Of a stretch of DNA of 28,848 nt, positions 17,016-25,136 are shown piece after piece. A program made the position numbers and the translations under genes. The notes below the pieces were generated by a model. It ran no database searches, was not told the origin of the DNA, and was given only the letters and a program-made list of their open reading frames with translations. Position 1 is the first letter of the stretch. Every line of letters starts with the position of its first letter. The stretch is from an uncultured Bacteroidia bacterium (lineage in GTDB: Bacteria; Bacteroidota; Bacteroidia; NS11-12g; UBA9320), in contig CBDUEX010000001.1 of assembly GCA_965366305.1 (NCBI GenBank), forward strand, positions 1 through 28,848, written 5' to 3'.

Positions 17016-18611
17016 ATGGAAGAAGAAATTATTGAAGAAAATAAAAGTAGGCTTTATTGGATTGTCACTAACCTAAGAACTGGTTTCAAAAATTCAGTTA
17101 AAAATGCATTTAAAAAAAGGCCTATTATAAGTGTATTAGTAACAATACTCTTACTTTATATTGTTTTTGTTAGTCGAGGAACCTTACAGCCAGCTGTATT
17201 GTTTATTCGTAAATACTTTCTTCTAATTTCAATAATCGCCATTCTCCTTTTTTGGTTTACTAGAGGCTGGCCTTCTCGAACTACGAAAGGGAAGTTGTTG
17301 TCTACCATATTCCTCATTATTTTTACTGGTTTAAGTTGGTTTCTTGGGGAAGGACTTTACAAGTACTTCAGTTTATACTTTCATTATACAACAATTGAGA
17401 AGATTGATTTAGAAGAAATTCCATCCACCGGATTTGAGAGAATTCAACCAATTAATTCCGTTAAAACACTTATTAATCAAGAAGCGTTATCAGAAACTGA
17501 AGATGCTACAACGCCTCGTTTTATTCGCGGTAAGGATGGTAGGTACTATTATAGTTGTGCAGTTGGGCCGGCAAGAGAATATAAGGTTCAGCAAATGACC
17601 AAACACATGTACGAGTTGATACATATTCCAGCAGATTTGCCTGCTCCCGTGTTTTCAAAAAAGTACCGTGATGTCATCAATTTTGATATTGGAGAATTAT
17701 TGCTCTTTAGTAAAGAAACCTCTAATGCCGTAATCAAAAGATTTAACTTACTGCAATACATTAATTACGAACCCTCAGAATCTATATTTATCGAAAATGA
17801 TAAAGGTAAATGGTTGCAAGTGGTGCCACTTATTCGTTGGAAGGGCATCTTGTTTCCTCGCCCTGTATTTGGGGGTGTTATGCTAATTGAAGAATATGGA
17901 GAAAATGATTACGCTATTAATCGTATCATGTTTGGCAAAGGGAAATACATCAATAAAGATGAGATAAGCAATATCCCTGAACTTAGTGGTCAAAGTTTAT
18001 TGCCTAAAAAAGTGGCTCAATTTATTGCCGAAAGTTTTCGATTTACGAATGGATTTCTTTCGCCTATGCCCATGTATCATGAAGGAGATATTAGAATTCC
18101 TATTCTTCCTAATGATGTAGACCCTCAGCCTTTTACAACTTATTTTACCATAAATGGCAATGGAAAGTTGTATAACTTTTTTGGTCTTGAACCCTATCAA
18201 GAAAACAAAAAGGGCTTGAGCTTAAGCTTGCTTATACCCGGAGATAATGATAGTAAAGTGTACTATATCGATCACCGCAAATCAAATGAAAGTTACATAG
18301 GTAGCAGTGCGATTTCTGCTAAAATTATTGAAAGCAAGAAAAATTATGATTGGACCAAAAACTACCCTGCAGAAAGTCGCCCTTTTGTGAGAATAGTTGA
18401 TGGAAAATCTCGCTTCTTTTGGTTAAGTACAATTGTAACTAAAGCGGGAGAAAACAAAGGAGAATATATTGGCGGTAGCATTCCAGAAATTACACTTACC
18501 GATGCTCAACATGGAAAAGTAGTTTGGATAAGTCAAGATTCATTAATAAATAATGAAAGCTGGATTATTCAGGCGAAGAAAGAAATGCAGAGTTATTGGG
18601 AAAAAGAATAA
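17016..18611 (+). CDS. Membrane-anchored protein (3 N-terminal TM plus about 400-aa soluble, probably periplasmic, domain) of unknown function
   Basis: TM-like IISVLVTILLLYIVFV, YFLLISIIAILLFWF, LLSTIFLIIFTGLSWFLG flanked by basic residues; remainder hydrophilic with many short aromatic, beta-strand-like segments. Confidence 0.8.
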   Translation: MEEEIIEENKSRLYWIVTNLRTGFKNSVKNAFKKRPIISVLVTILLLYIVFVSRGTLQPAVLFIRKYFLLISIIAILLFWFTRGWPSRTTKGKLLSTIFLIIFTGLSWFLGEGLYKYFSLYFHYTTIEKIDLEEIPSTGFERIQPINSVKTLINQEALSETEDATTPRFIRGKDGRYYYSCAVGPAREYKVQQMTKHMYELIHIPADLPAPVFSKKYRDVINFDIGELLLFSKETSNAVIKRFNLLQYINYEPSESIFIENDKGKWLQVVPLIRWKGILFPRPVFGGVMLIEEYGENDYAINRIMFGKGKYINKDEISNIPELSGQSLLPKKVAQFIAESFRFTNGFLSPMPMYHEGDIRIPILPNDVDPQPFTTYFTINGNGKLYNFFGLEPYQENKKGLSLSLLIPGDNDSKVYYIDHRKSNESYIGSSAISAKIIESKKNYDWTKNYPAESRPFVRIVDGKSRFFWLSTIVTKAGENKGEYIGGSIPEITLTDAQHGKVVWISQDSLINNESWIIQAKKEMQSYWEKE

Positions 18612-18622
18612 TAAAACTAAAA

Positions 18623-19165
18623 ATGGCATCATTCAAATCATCGGCTGAATCTCAAATTACTATATCTGAACTTATGGTACCAGCTCACTCCAATTTTGGA
18701 GGTAAAATACATGGAGGATATATCCTAAGTCTCATGGATCAAGTAGCGTTTGCTTGTGCATCAAGACACAGTGGAAATTACTGTGTAACAGCCTCTGTAA
18801 ATAAAGTTGATTTCTTACATCCTGTAGAAGTTGGCGAATTGCTAATTCTCAAGGCATCTATAAATTACACTGGAAATACTTCTATGGTAGTTGGTGTTCG
18901 AGTTGAATCTGAAAACATTCAAACTGGTAAAACCAATCATTGCAATTCCTCTTACTTTACAATGGTAGCAAAAGATGAGAATGGTAAAAATGTAAAAATT
19001 CCAGGAATCCTGATTTCAGACAACCAAGGTATAAGAAGATTTGTAAGAAGTGTTAAAAGACAAGAACAAGCTCAAATGCGTGCCAGCAACTTTGGTGAAT
19101 CTACTTTCGATGCGAGTAAGTATACTGAATTATTAAAGCAACACAATGTTAAGTTAGCTGTTTAA
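18623..19165 (+). CDS. Acyl-CoA thioesterase (HotDog fold, YciA-like)
   Basis: MVPAHSNFGGKIHGGYILSLMDQVAFACA, VTASVNKVDFLHPVEVG, TGNTSMVVGVRVESE. Start corrected to ATG 18623. Confidence 0.9.
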   Translation: MASFKSSAESQITISELMVPAHSNFGGKIHGGYILSLMDQVAFACASRHSGNYCVTASVNKVDFLHPVEVGELLILKASINYTGNTSMVVGVRVESENIQTGKTNHCNSSYFTMVAKDENGKNVKIPGILISDNQGIRRFVRSVKRQEQAQMRASNFGESTFDASKYTELLKQHNVKLAV

Positions 19166-19836
19166 TCAGTTTCACAACATTCCATTTTTTCTTTTTCTAC
19201 ATCGTAATCCGGGCTTAAATAGGGGATACCTAATCCAGCAGATCTTATAATCAATACGAGACCTACAATCAAGAGTAATTTAGGCGTATGCTTATTTAAT
19301 TTTAGAATTAAGCTGCCTTTTCCAAATTTAGGTAAGTAGGATATGGCAAGTAGAATTGGTAATGTTCCCACGCCGAAGAGAAACATATAAAGAACAGCGT
19401 TTAATGCACTTCCAGCGTTTACAGACAATATAGCAGCTCCAAAAGACAAGCCACAAGGCAATAAGCCATTTAGAAAGCCAAGACTTATGCTGCCTGTTCT
19501 TCCTGGATTGATAGTTGACATCCAAGATGAAACCTTCTTAGACAGAAATTCAACTAAGGCGTTTACTGGTTTAATATAGCTTTTAAGTGCATAAAGCACT
19601 AACAACACACCGCTAGCTAATCCTACATATTGTTGCAGTTTAAATACTTGTAAGGGTGAAATTAAAAAGTAAAAAAATAGAGCTAAAACAGCGTAACCAA
19701 TCCATCTACCTAAATGGTGAACAAGAAGTGAGAATAGGGAATAATCACGAGCGGCTAAGCCCAACATTAATGGTCCACACATTGCTGCACAATGAAGACT
19801 TCCAAATAAACCCAAAATAAATGCAGACCACATCAT
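19162..19836 (-). CDS. DsbD_2 / sulfite-exporter-like membrane protein of cbb3 oxidase assembly clusters
   Basis: GLFGSLHCAAMCGP and GFLNGLLPCGL motifs, about 6 TM, last gene of the cco operon. Confidence 0.88.
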   Translation of the reverse strand: MMWSAFILGLFGSLHCAAMCGPLMLGLAARDYSLFSLLVHHLGRWIGYAVLALFFYFLISPLQVFKLQQYVGLASGVLLVLYALKSYIKPVNALVEFLSKKVSSWMSTINPGRTGSISLGFLNGLLPCGLSFGAAILSVNAGSALNAVLYMFLFGVGTLPILLAISYLPKFGKGSLILKLNKHTPKLLLIVGLVLIIRSAGLGIPYLSPDYDVEKEKMECCETD

Positions 19837-20267
19837 TTGACAATCTGCTTCTTAATAAAGAACGGTGTGCTATTTACACTTCCTTTAACTTCTATTACCC
19901 ATATGCCTTGTCCCAAATCACCTAAGTTGAAAGTCGACTCATTTTTTTGCGTAGGCATGTCGTTCTGTTCTACTTTAAGTGTTTTGTCTCTTTTAGAATC
20001 AGCAAGATTCACCAATCTAATTTCTTCAACTAACCCTATTGAATCAAATTCAAAATGAATGGTATTAGATTCGCTAGCAAACTTCATATTTACGTGTTCG
20101 CCAACTTTCTCCATGTTCATTCTTGAAGTGTGATCTTCACCTTTTTCGTAATAATCTTGCTCGTATAATGATTGGCTTGAGGTTGCCATTTTTATTCCCA
20201 TTGCTACAATAAAGACAATGAATAAAACCATAGCAAGTATCAATATTTTAGACCAATCCAATTTCAT
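19833..20267 (-). CDS. ccoH: FixH/CcoH-family protein
   Basis: N-terminal W..IL..M..FIVFI TM, LYEQDYYEKG motif, downstream of ccoG. Confidence 0.8.
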   Translation of the reverse strand: MKLDWSKILILAMVLFIVFIVAMGIKMATSSQSLYEQDYYEKGEDHTSRMNMEKVGEHVNMKFASESNTIHFEFDSIGLVEEIRLVNLADSKRDKTLKVEQNDMPTQKNESTFNLGDLGQGIWVIEVKGSVNSTPFFIKKQIVK

Positions 20268-20327
20268 TTTTTTACTTTAAGAATTACAAAGATGCTTAAA
20301 TCTTGTGAATGAATAAAGGTCTTTCAT

Positions 20328-21728
20328 TTATTGACGTACCGGAGCTAAAAACTTAGTATTAAATGTTTTAACTAATTCTCCTCCGATAAATAAATCCAAT
20401 TGCATTGGGATCTCATTTTCAAAGATGTCTTTTTGTTCCATCTCAATGAGCAGTACTTTTTTCTCTTCGTTGTTTGATTCTAAAATAGAGTCTTTATCTG
20501 CCCGAATAAGTACGGCGTTTTCACTTTTAAGTTCAATTTGGAAATCCATGTCTTCAAATGTTTTATTTACAAGTGACAGGTTATAAAGATTACTTACCTT
20601 TCCATCCGCAGCTTCGGTGTAGGTCATCCCTGGTACTCTAAAGATATTCGCCTCTACACTAGTTCTAGTTGCAAGAATTGCTACTGAAGATCCAAATAAA
20701 ATCAACATTACAATTGTATAAGCAATAATTCGAGGGGTGAATCTAAACCCAATTTTGTTCTGAATATTGTTTTTCGAATCAATGCGAATTAGTCCAAGAG
20801 GGAGATCTATTTTTTCCATCACAGAATCACAGGCATCCATACAAGCTGTACAATTAACGCACTCTAACTGAGTCCCATTCCTAATATCAATACCTGTTGG
20901 GCAAACATCAACACATAAGCCACAGTCTACACAATCGCCTTTGTCAGACTGCTCTTCGCCTCTTTTCTTTTTCCCTCGAGGCTCTCCTCTTACTTCATCA
21001 TACGCTACCACCATACTGTTGGGGTCTAGCATTACCCCTTGCAATCTTCCATAAGGGCAAATAATGACACAAACAATTTCGCGTAGCCTTGCAAATACAA
21101 TGTAAAACACAATTGTAAAAATTACCAATCCAATAAGAGTAATGTAATTCTCAGCTAATGGACCGGAAATTTTTTCCCATAACGCTTCATATCCAATCAG
21201 GTATACAAAAAAGGTGTGAGCTATAATAAATGAAATCAACAAAAACACGAAGTGCTTTGCTCCTTTCTTAAAAATTTTCTCACGGTTCCAAGGCATGGCG
21301 TCTAGCTTTTTTTGCTTATTCGCGTTGCCTTCTATCCAGTTCTCGATTTTTCGGAATACCATTTCCATAAAAATGGTTTGGGGGCATGCCCAACCGCACC
21401 AAACTCTTCCAAAAACCACTGTAAATAACACAATAAACACGAGTAGGGTAAGTGCAAGAAATACAAAGACGTGAAAATCTTGAGGCCAAAAGGGTTGTCC
21501 AAAAATTACAAACTTTCGTTCAAAAACATTTAGCAGCAAAAGTGGATATCCCCCAATTTTAATAAAGGGTGCTAAGAAAAAGAATGCTAAAAGAAACCAA
21601 CTTAAATATGTTCTATACCTGTAAAACGCTCCTTTTATAATTTTAGGATATATCCAAATCCTTTTGCCGCTGTCAGTAACATTAGCTAAATGTTCTCTGA
21701 AATTTTCTGTATTGGGATGATTGCTCAT
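20328..21728 (-). CDS. ccoG: Cytochrome c oxidase accessory protein CcoG/FixG (4Fe-4S, copper reductase-like)
   Basis: WCGWACPQT, CVIICPYGRLQ, CVDCGLCVDVCPTGIDIR, CVNCTACMDAC. Confidence 0.95.
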   Translation of the reverse strand: MSNHPNTENFREHLANVTDSGKRIWIYPKIIKGAFYRYRTYLSWFLLAFFFLAPFIKIGGYPLLLLNVFERKFVIFGQPFWPQDFHVFVFLALTLLVFIVLFTVVFGRVWCGWACPQTIFMEMVFRKIENWIEGNANKQKKLDAMPWNREKIFKKGAKHFVFLLISFIIAHTFFVYLIGYEALWEKISGPLAENYITLIGLVIFTIVFYIVFARLREIVCVIICPYGRLQGVMLDPNSMVVAYDEVRGEPRGKKKRGEEQSDKGDCVDCGLCVDVCPTGIDIRNGTQLECVNCTACMDACDSVMEKIDLPLGLIRIDSKNNIQNKIGFRFTPRIIAYTIVMLILFGSSVAILATRTSVEANIFRVPGMTYTEAADGKVSNLYNLSLVNKTFEDMDFQIELKSENAVLIRADKDSILESNNEEKKVLLIEMEQKDIFENEIPMQLDLFIGGELVKTFNTKFLAPVRQ

Positions 21729-21744
21729 TGTTTAAAGGGTAGTG

Positions 21745-22653
21745 CTACCCTTCTACTTCGTTACCTGGTGTTTCTTCTTCTTCAACAGAAGTTTCTTCTG
21801 AGGTTTCTTCTGGAACCCATTTGTCACCCTCAGCTGCTTTTGCACCAGGAGGATTTGTTCCTTCGATACTTAAAATATAACTGGTAACTTTCTGCATCAT
21901 ATCTGGGGTCATATTGTCTTGCCACGCTGTCATACCTTTCTCTACAACTCCATACTTAATTGTTTTAAATATGTTTTTAGCTCCTCCACCATGTTTCCAA
22001 AACTCATCGGTTAAATTAGGACCAACGCTACCTGCTCCTCCATCAGCATGACATACCTTACAGTTCTGAATATAAATTTTCTTACCTGCTTCAATATCTT
22101 CCGCACTGGTTAAAGCAACCACGGTGTTCTCATCAACACTGGCTCCTTCTTCTGTTAAACTTGAGGTTTTTGCTTGTTCAACCTCGGCCATTTCTGCAAT
22201 GTATTCTTCTTCTTGTGTGGGTCCACTTCCAGTAATGCTAAATCTTACAAAATAGATTACTGCAAACAAAATTGTACCATAAAATAAAAACATAAACCAT
22301 GGTGGAGGAGGGTTATCCAACTCATAAATTCCGTCATGAGGTTCGTTTATAATTGTATCCTTATCCGTACCTACTGGTTTAACTTGAAATATTTTTTCCC
22401 AAGTACTACGCTGATCGTACATTTTTTGTTCTTCGTTTTCGTATTCCCCTTGTACATACTTCTTCAAGCTAATTGTAACTTGGTAAAGTAAATAAGTTAC
22501 GACTAGAAGTAAGGCAACTACGGCATAGATTATCCAAAGTAAAGGTTGTGATAACCCGCCAGATTGAGCCGGTTCTGTTCCTTGAGCGAATAGGCTTACA
22601 GAAGGTAAACTTGCTGCTAAAATTAAAGCTATTTTATTCTTCATTATTTTCAT
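21745..22653 (-). CDS. ccoP: cbb3-type cytochrome c oxidase subunit III (monoheme CcoP)
   Basis: HDGIYELDNPPPPWF CcoP N-terminal motif, one CKVCH heme site, GPNLTDEFW, GMTAW. Alternative start ATG 22644. Confidence 0.92.
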   Translation of the reverse strand: MKIMKNKIALILAASLPSVSLFAQGTEPAQSGGLSQPLLWIIYAVVALLLVVTYLLYQVTISLKKYVQGEYENEEQKMYDQRSTWEKIFQVKPVGTDKDTIINEPHDGIYELDNPPPPWFMFLFYGTILFAVIYFVRFSITGSGPTQEEEYIAEMAEVEQAKTSSLTEEGASVDENTVVALTSAEDIEAGKKIYIQNCKVCHADGGAGSVGPNLTDEFWKHGGGAKNIFKTIKYGVVEKGMTAWQDNMTPDMMQKVTSYILSIEGTNPPGAKAAEGDKWVPEETSEETSVEEEETPGNEVEG

Positions 22654-22813
22654 TATTTGATGGTTGAAAGGGTAAATTTGATAAGTCTGTACATTGCTGC
22701 TTACTTAGCGAAAACATATACACTGCTGCTAGAATAAACACCATTAAAAAAATGAGAAGTGCAATTATTAAATAAATATCTGCTCCTTCTACGAATCCAA
22801 TCATCTTTCCCAT
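22634..22813 (-). CDS. ccoQ: cbb3-type cytochrome c oxidase subunit CcoQ (absent from the ORF track)
   Basis: Manual translation: MGKMIGFVEGADIYLIIALLIFLMVFILAAVYMFSLSKQQCTDLSNLPFQPSNNENNEE (59 aa), one TM, between ccoNO and ccoP. Confidence 0.85.
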   Translation of the reverse strand: MGKMIGFVEGADIYLIIALLIFLMVFILAAVYMFSLSKQQCTDLSNLPFQPSNNENNEE

Positions 22814-22822
22814 AATTTTATA

Positions 22823-24973
22823 TTATTTAGTTGCTTCTTCTTGATTGTTAATGTCTCTTCCTAGTTTATGCAAATAGGAAATTAAAGCAATGATTTCTTT
22901 TTTCGAGTCTACTTTTCTTCCTGCATCTTTTAGCAAGCCTCCGCTAATTTGGTTGGCTTGTTTTTCTAAATCTGCCATTGCAAAATCTTCATATCCTTCA
23001 GGGTATGGAACCCCTAAACTTCTCATTGTTGAGATTTTATTAGCTATACTCGAATAATCTCCATCTTCTTCAATCAACCAAGGATATGCAGGCATAATGG
23101 AACCATCAGAAGTTTCTCTCGGATCTTTCATGTGTCTAAAATGCCAATCTGCTGTTTTATATACCTTAGATGCGGTATTCCCAGATCGAGCTAAGTCGGG
23201 TCCAGTACGTTTACTTCCCCATAAAAATGGATGATCATAAACATGCTCTCCTGCTTTTGAGTATTCCCCATATCTTACTGTTTCAGATCTGAAAGGACGT
23301 ACTTGTTGCGAGTGACAATTATTACAACCTTCTCTTATGTAAATATCTCTGCCTTCTAATTCTAGAGGGGTATATGGCGTAACACTTGCTATTTTAGGTA
23401 CGTTTGATTCCACTAAAAATGTTGGCATAAACTCTACTAATCCTCCAATTGCAACTGCAACTAAAGAGAAAACAATTAACTGTGTTGGACGTTTTTCAAT
23501 CCATCTGTGCCAATGCGAATGTGCTACAACAGCTCCTTTTTCTTCTTTTACTAATGGATATGCTTCTGCTGCTTCATTGGGAACCAACTTCCCTGCTTTC
23601 ATTGTTTTAAACAGGTTCCACGACATTAAACATGCTCCGGTTAAGTATAATAACCCTCCAAACCCTCTTAGCATATGCATTGGTAAGATTTGAAGTGTAG
23701 TTTCAAGAAAGTTAGGATAACGTAGTACGCCGTCCGCAGTAAACTCTTTCCACATTAGGCCTTGAGTAAAGCCAGAGAAATACATAGGAATTGCGTAAAA
23801 CAGTATTCCTAGAGTTGCAAGCCAGAAGTGAGTTCCAATCATTTTCTTGGAGAAAATTTTTGTATTATATATTCTTGGAATAATGTAATACAGAATAGCA
23901 AAAGTTAATAATCCATTCCATCCAAGTGCCCCTACGTGCACATGAGCTACAATCCAATCAGTAAAGTGAGCAATAGCGTTTACGTTTTTAAGTGAAAGCA
24001 TAGGGCCTTCAAAAGTTGACATACCATAAGCTGTTAAACCAACTACCATGAACTTAAGAATAGCGTCATCTCTTACTTTATCCCACGCACCTCTTAAGGT
24101 TAATAATCCGTTGAGCATTCCACCCCAAGATGGTGCCAATAACATCACACTAAAAACTACACCAACCGTTTGTACCCATCCTGGTAAAGAAGTATATAAC
24201 AAATGGTGAGGACCCGCCCAGATGTACAAGAATATCAATGACCAAAAGTGTAGAATTGACAGTTTATACGAATAAATTGGTCGATTCGCCATTTTAGGCA
24301 TGAAGTAATACATTAATCCTAGAAACGGAGTGGTTAAGAAAAATGCCACAGCATTGTGTCCATACCACCACTGAACCAAGGCATCTTGAACCCCAGCAAA
24401 TGCAGAATAAGACTTAAATAATGATACAGGTAATGCAAAACTGTTTACTATATGAAGCATAGCCACAGTTATAAAAGTTGCTAAATAAAACCATATTGCA
24501 ACGTATAAATGCTTCTCTCTCCTCTTGTAAATTGTGCCTATCATGTTCCATCCAAATACCACCCAAATTAGTGCAATTGCAATGTCAATTGGCCACTCCA
24601 ACTCAGCGTATTCTTTCGAACTCGTTAATCCAAGAGGCAGTGTTATAGCCGCAGCTACAATAATCAATTGCCAACCCCAGAAATGAATACTACTTAATGC
24701 ATCACTAAACATTCTTGCTTTTAATAAGCGTTGTAATGAGTAGTAAATTCCCATAAAAATAGCATTTCCCACAAAGGCGAAAATGATAGCATTGGTGTGT
24801 AAAGGTCGTAGTCGTCCAAACGAAAGGTATCTCGTGTTGAAATTGAAATAAGGTTCGAACAATTGAAAGGCAATTGTAACTCCTACGAGCATGCCTACTA
24901 AGCCCCAGACCACTGTTGCTATACCAAAGTTTCGAACGATCTTATTGTCGTAATTGAAGGTCTCTTTTTGCAT
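22823..24973 (-). CDS. ccoNO: cbb3-type cytochrome c oxidase, fused subunits I and II (CcoNO)
   Basis: FGRLRPLHTNA, WWYGHNAV, WAGPHHL, IVAHVHVG metal ligands; fused CcoO part with GRDIYIREGCNNCHSQQVRP, WGSKRTGPDL, SIMPAYPW. Confidence 0.97.
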   Translation of the reverse strand: MQKETFNYDNKIVRNFGIATVVWGLVGMLVGVTIAFQLFEPYFNFNTRYLSFGRLRPLHTNAIIFAFVGNAIFMGIYYSLQRLLKARMFSDALSSIHFWGWQLIIVAAAITLPLGLTSSKEYAELEWPIDIAIALIWVVFGWNMIGTIYKRREKHLYVAIWFYLATFITVAMLHIVNSFALPVSLFKSYSAFAGVQDALVQWWYGHNAVAFFLTTPFLGLMYYFMPKMANRPIYSYKLSILHFWSLIFLYIWAGPHHLLYTSLPGWVQTVGVVFSVMLLAPSWGGMLNGLLTLRGAWDKVRDDAILKFMVVGLTAYGMSTFEGPMLSLKNVNAIAHFTDWIVAHVHVGALGWNGLLTFAILYYIIPRIYNTKIFSKKMIGTHFWLATLGILFYAIPMYFSGFTQGLMWKEFTADGVLRYPNFLETTLQILPMHMLRGFGGLLYLTGACLMSWNLFKTMKAGKLVPNEAAEAYPLVKEEKGAVVAHSHWHRWIEKRPTQLIVFSLVAVAIGGLVEFMPTFLVESNVPKIASVTPYTPLELEGRDIYIREGCNNCHSQQVRPFRSETVRYGEYSKAGEHVYDHPFLWGSKRTGPDLARSGNTASKVYKTADWHFRHMKDPRETSDGSIMPAYPWLIEEDGDYSSIANKISTMRSLGVPYPEGYEDFAMADLEKQANQISGGLLKDAGRKVDSKKEIIALISYLHKLGRDINNQEEATK

Positions 24974-24974
24974 A

Positions 24975-25136
24975 TTAATTTTGATTTATTTGTTTTGGTT
25001 GTTTTTTATCAAGTATTCTCATTGAAGGTGATTCTAAATCATCAAATTGTCCTTTTCGCACCGCCTTATAGAAAGCATATAAAAATATTAATGCTAACAA
25101 TAAACTTAGTGATATAAGTAATACAAGTATTTTCAT
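24975..25136 (-). CDS. ccoS: cbb3 oxidase maturation protein CcoS (absent from the ORF track)
   Basis: Manual translation: MKILVLLISLSLLLALIFLYAFYKAVRKGQFDDLESPSMRILDKKQPKQINQN (53 aa), with the GQFDDL..P..RIL signature; abuts the ccoI stop. Confidence 0.92.
   Translation of the reverse strand: MKILVLLISLSLLLALIFLYAFYKAVRKGQFDDLESPSMRILDKKQPKQINQN

Noticed and set aside
10661-18622. Possibility that the unknown operon is a mobile island or prophage remnant
   Set aside because: No integrase, transposase, tRNA or flanking direct repeats seen, and composition looks similar to the neighbours by eye (not computed).
20308-20328. AATGAA-N9-TTCATT inverted repeat and CATCTTTG near-promoter between ccoG and ccoH
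   Set aside because: Short AT-rich arms and a mismatched -7 element; chance cannot be excluded.
22641-22658. 9-bp tandem repeat (TCATTATTT x2) at the ccoQ/ccoP junction
   Set aside because: Only two copies; it merely gives two alternative ccoP ATGs.
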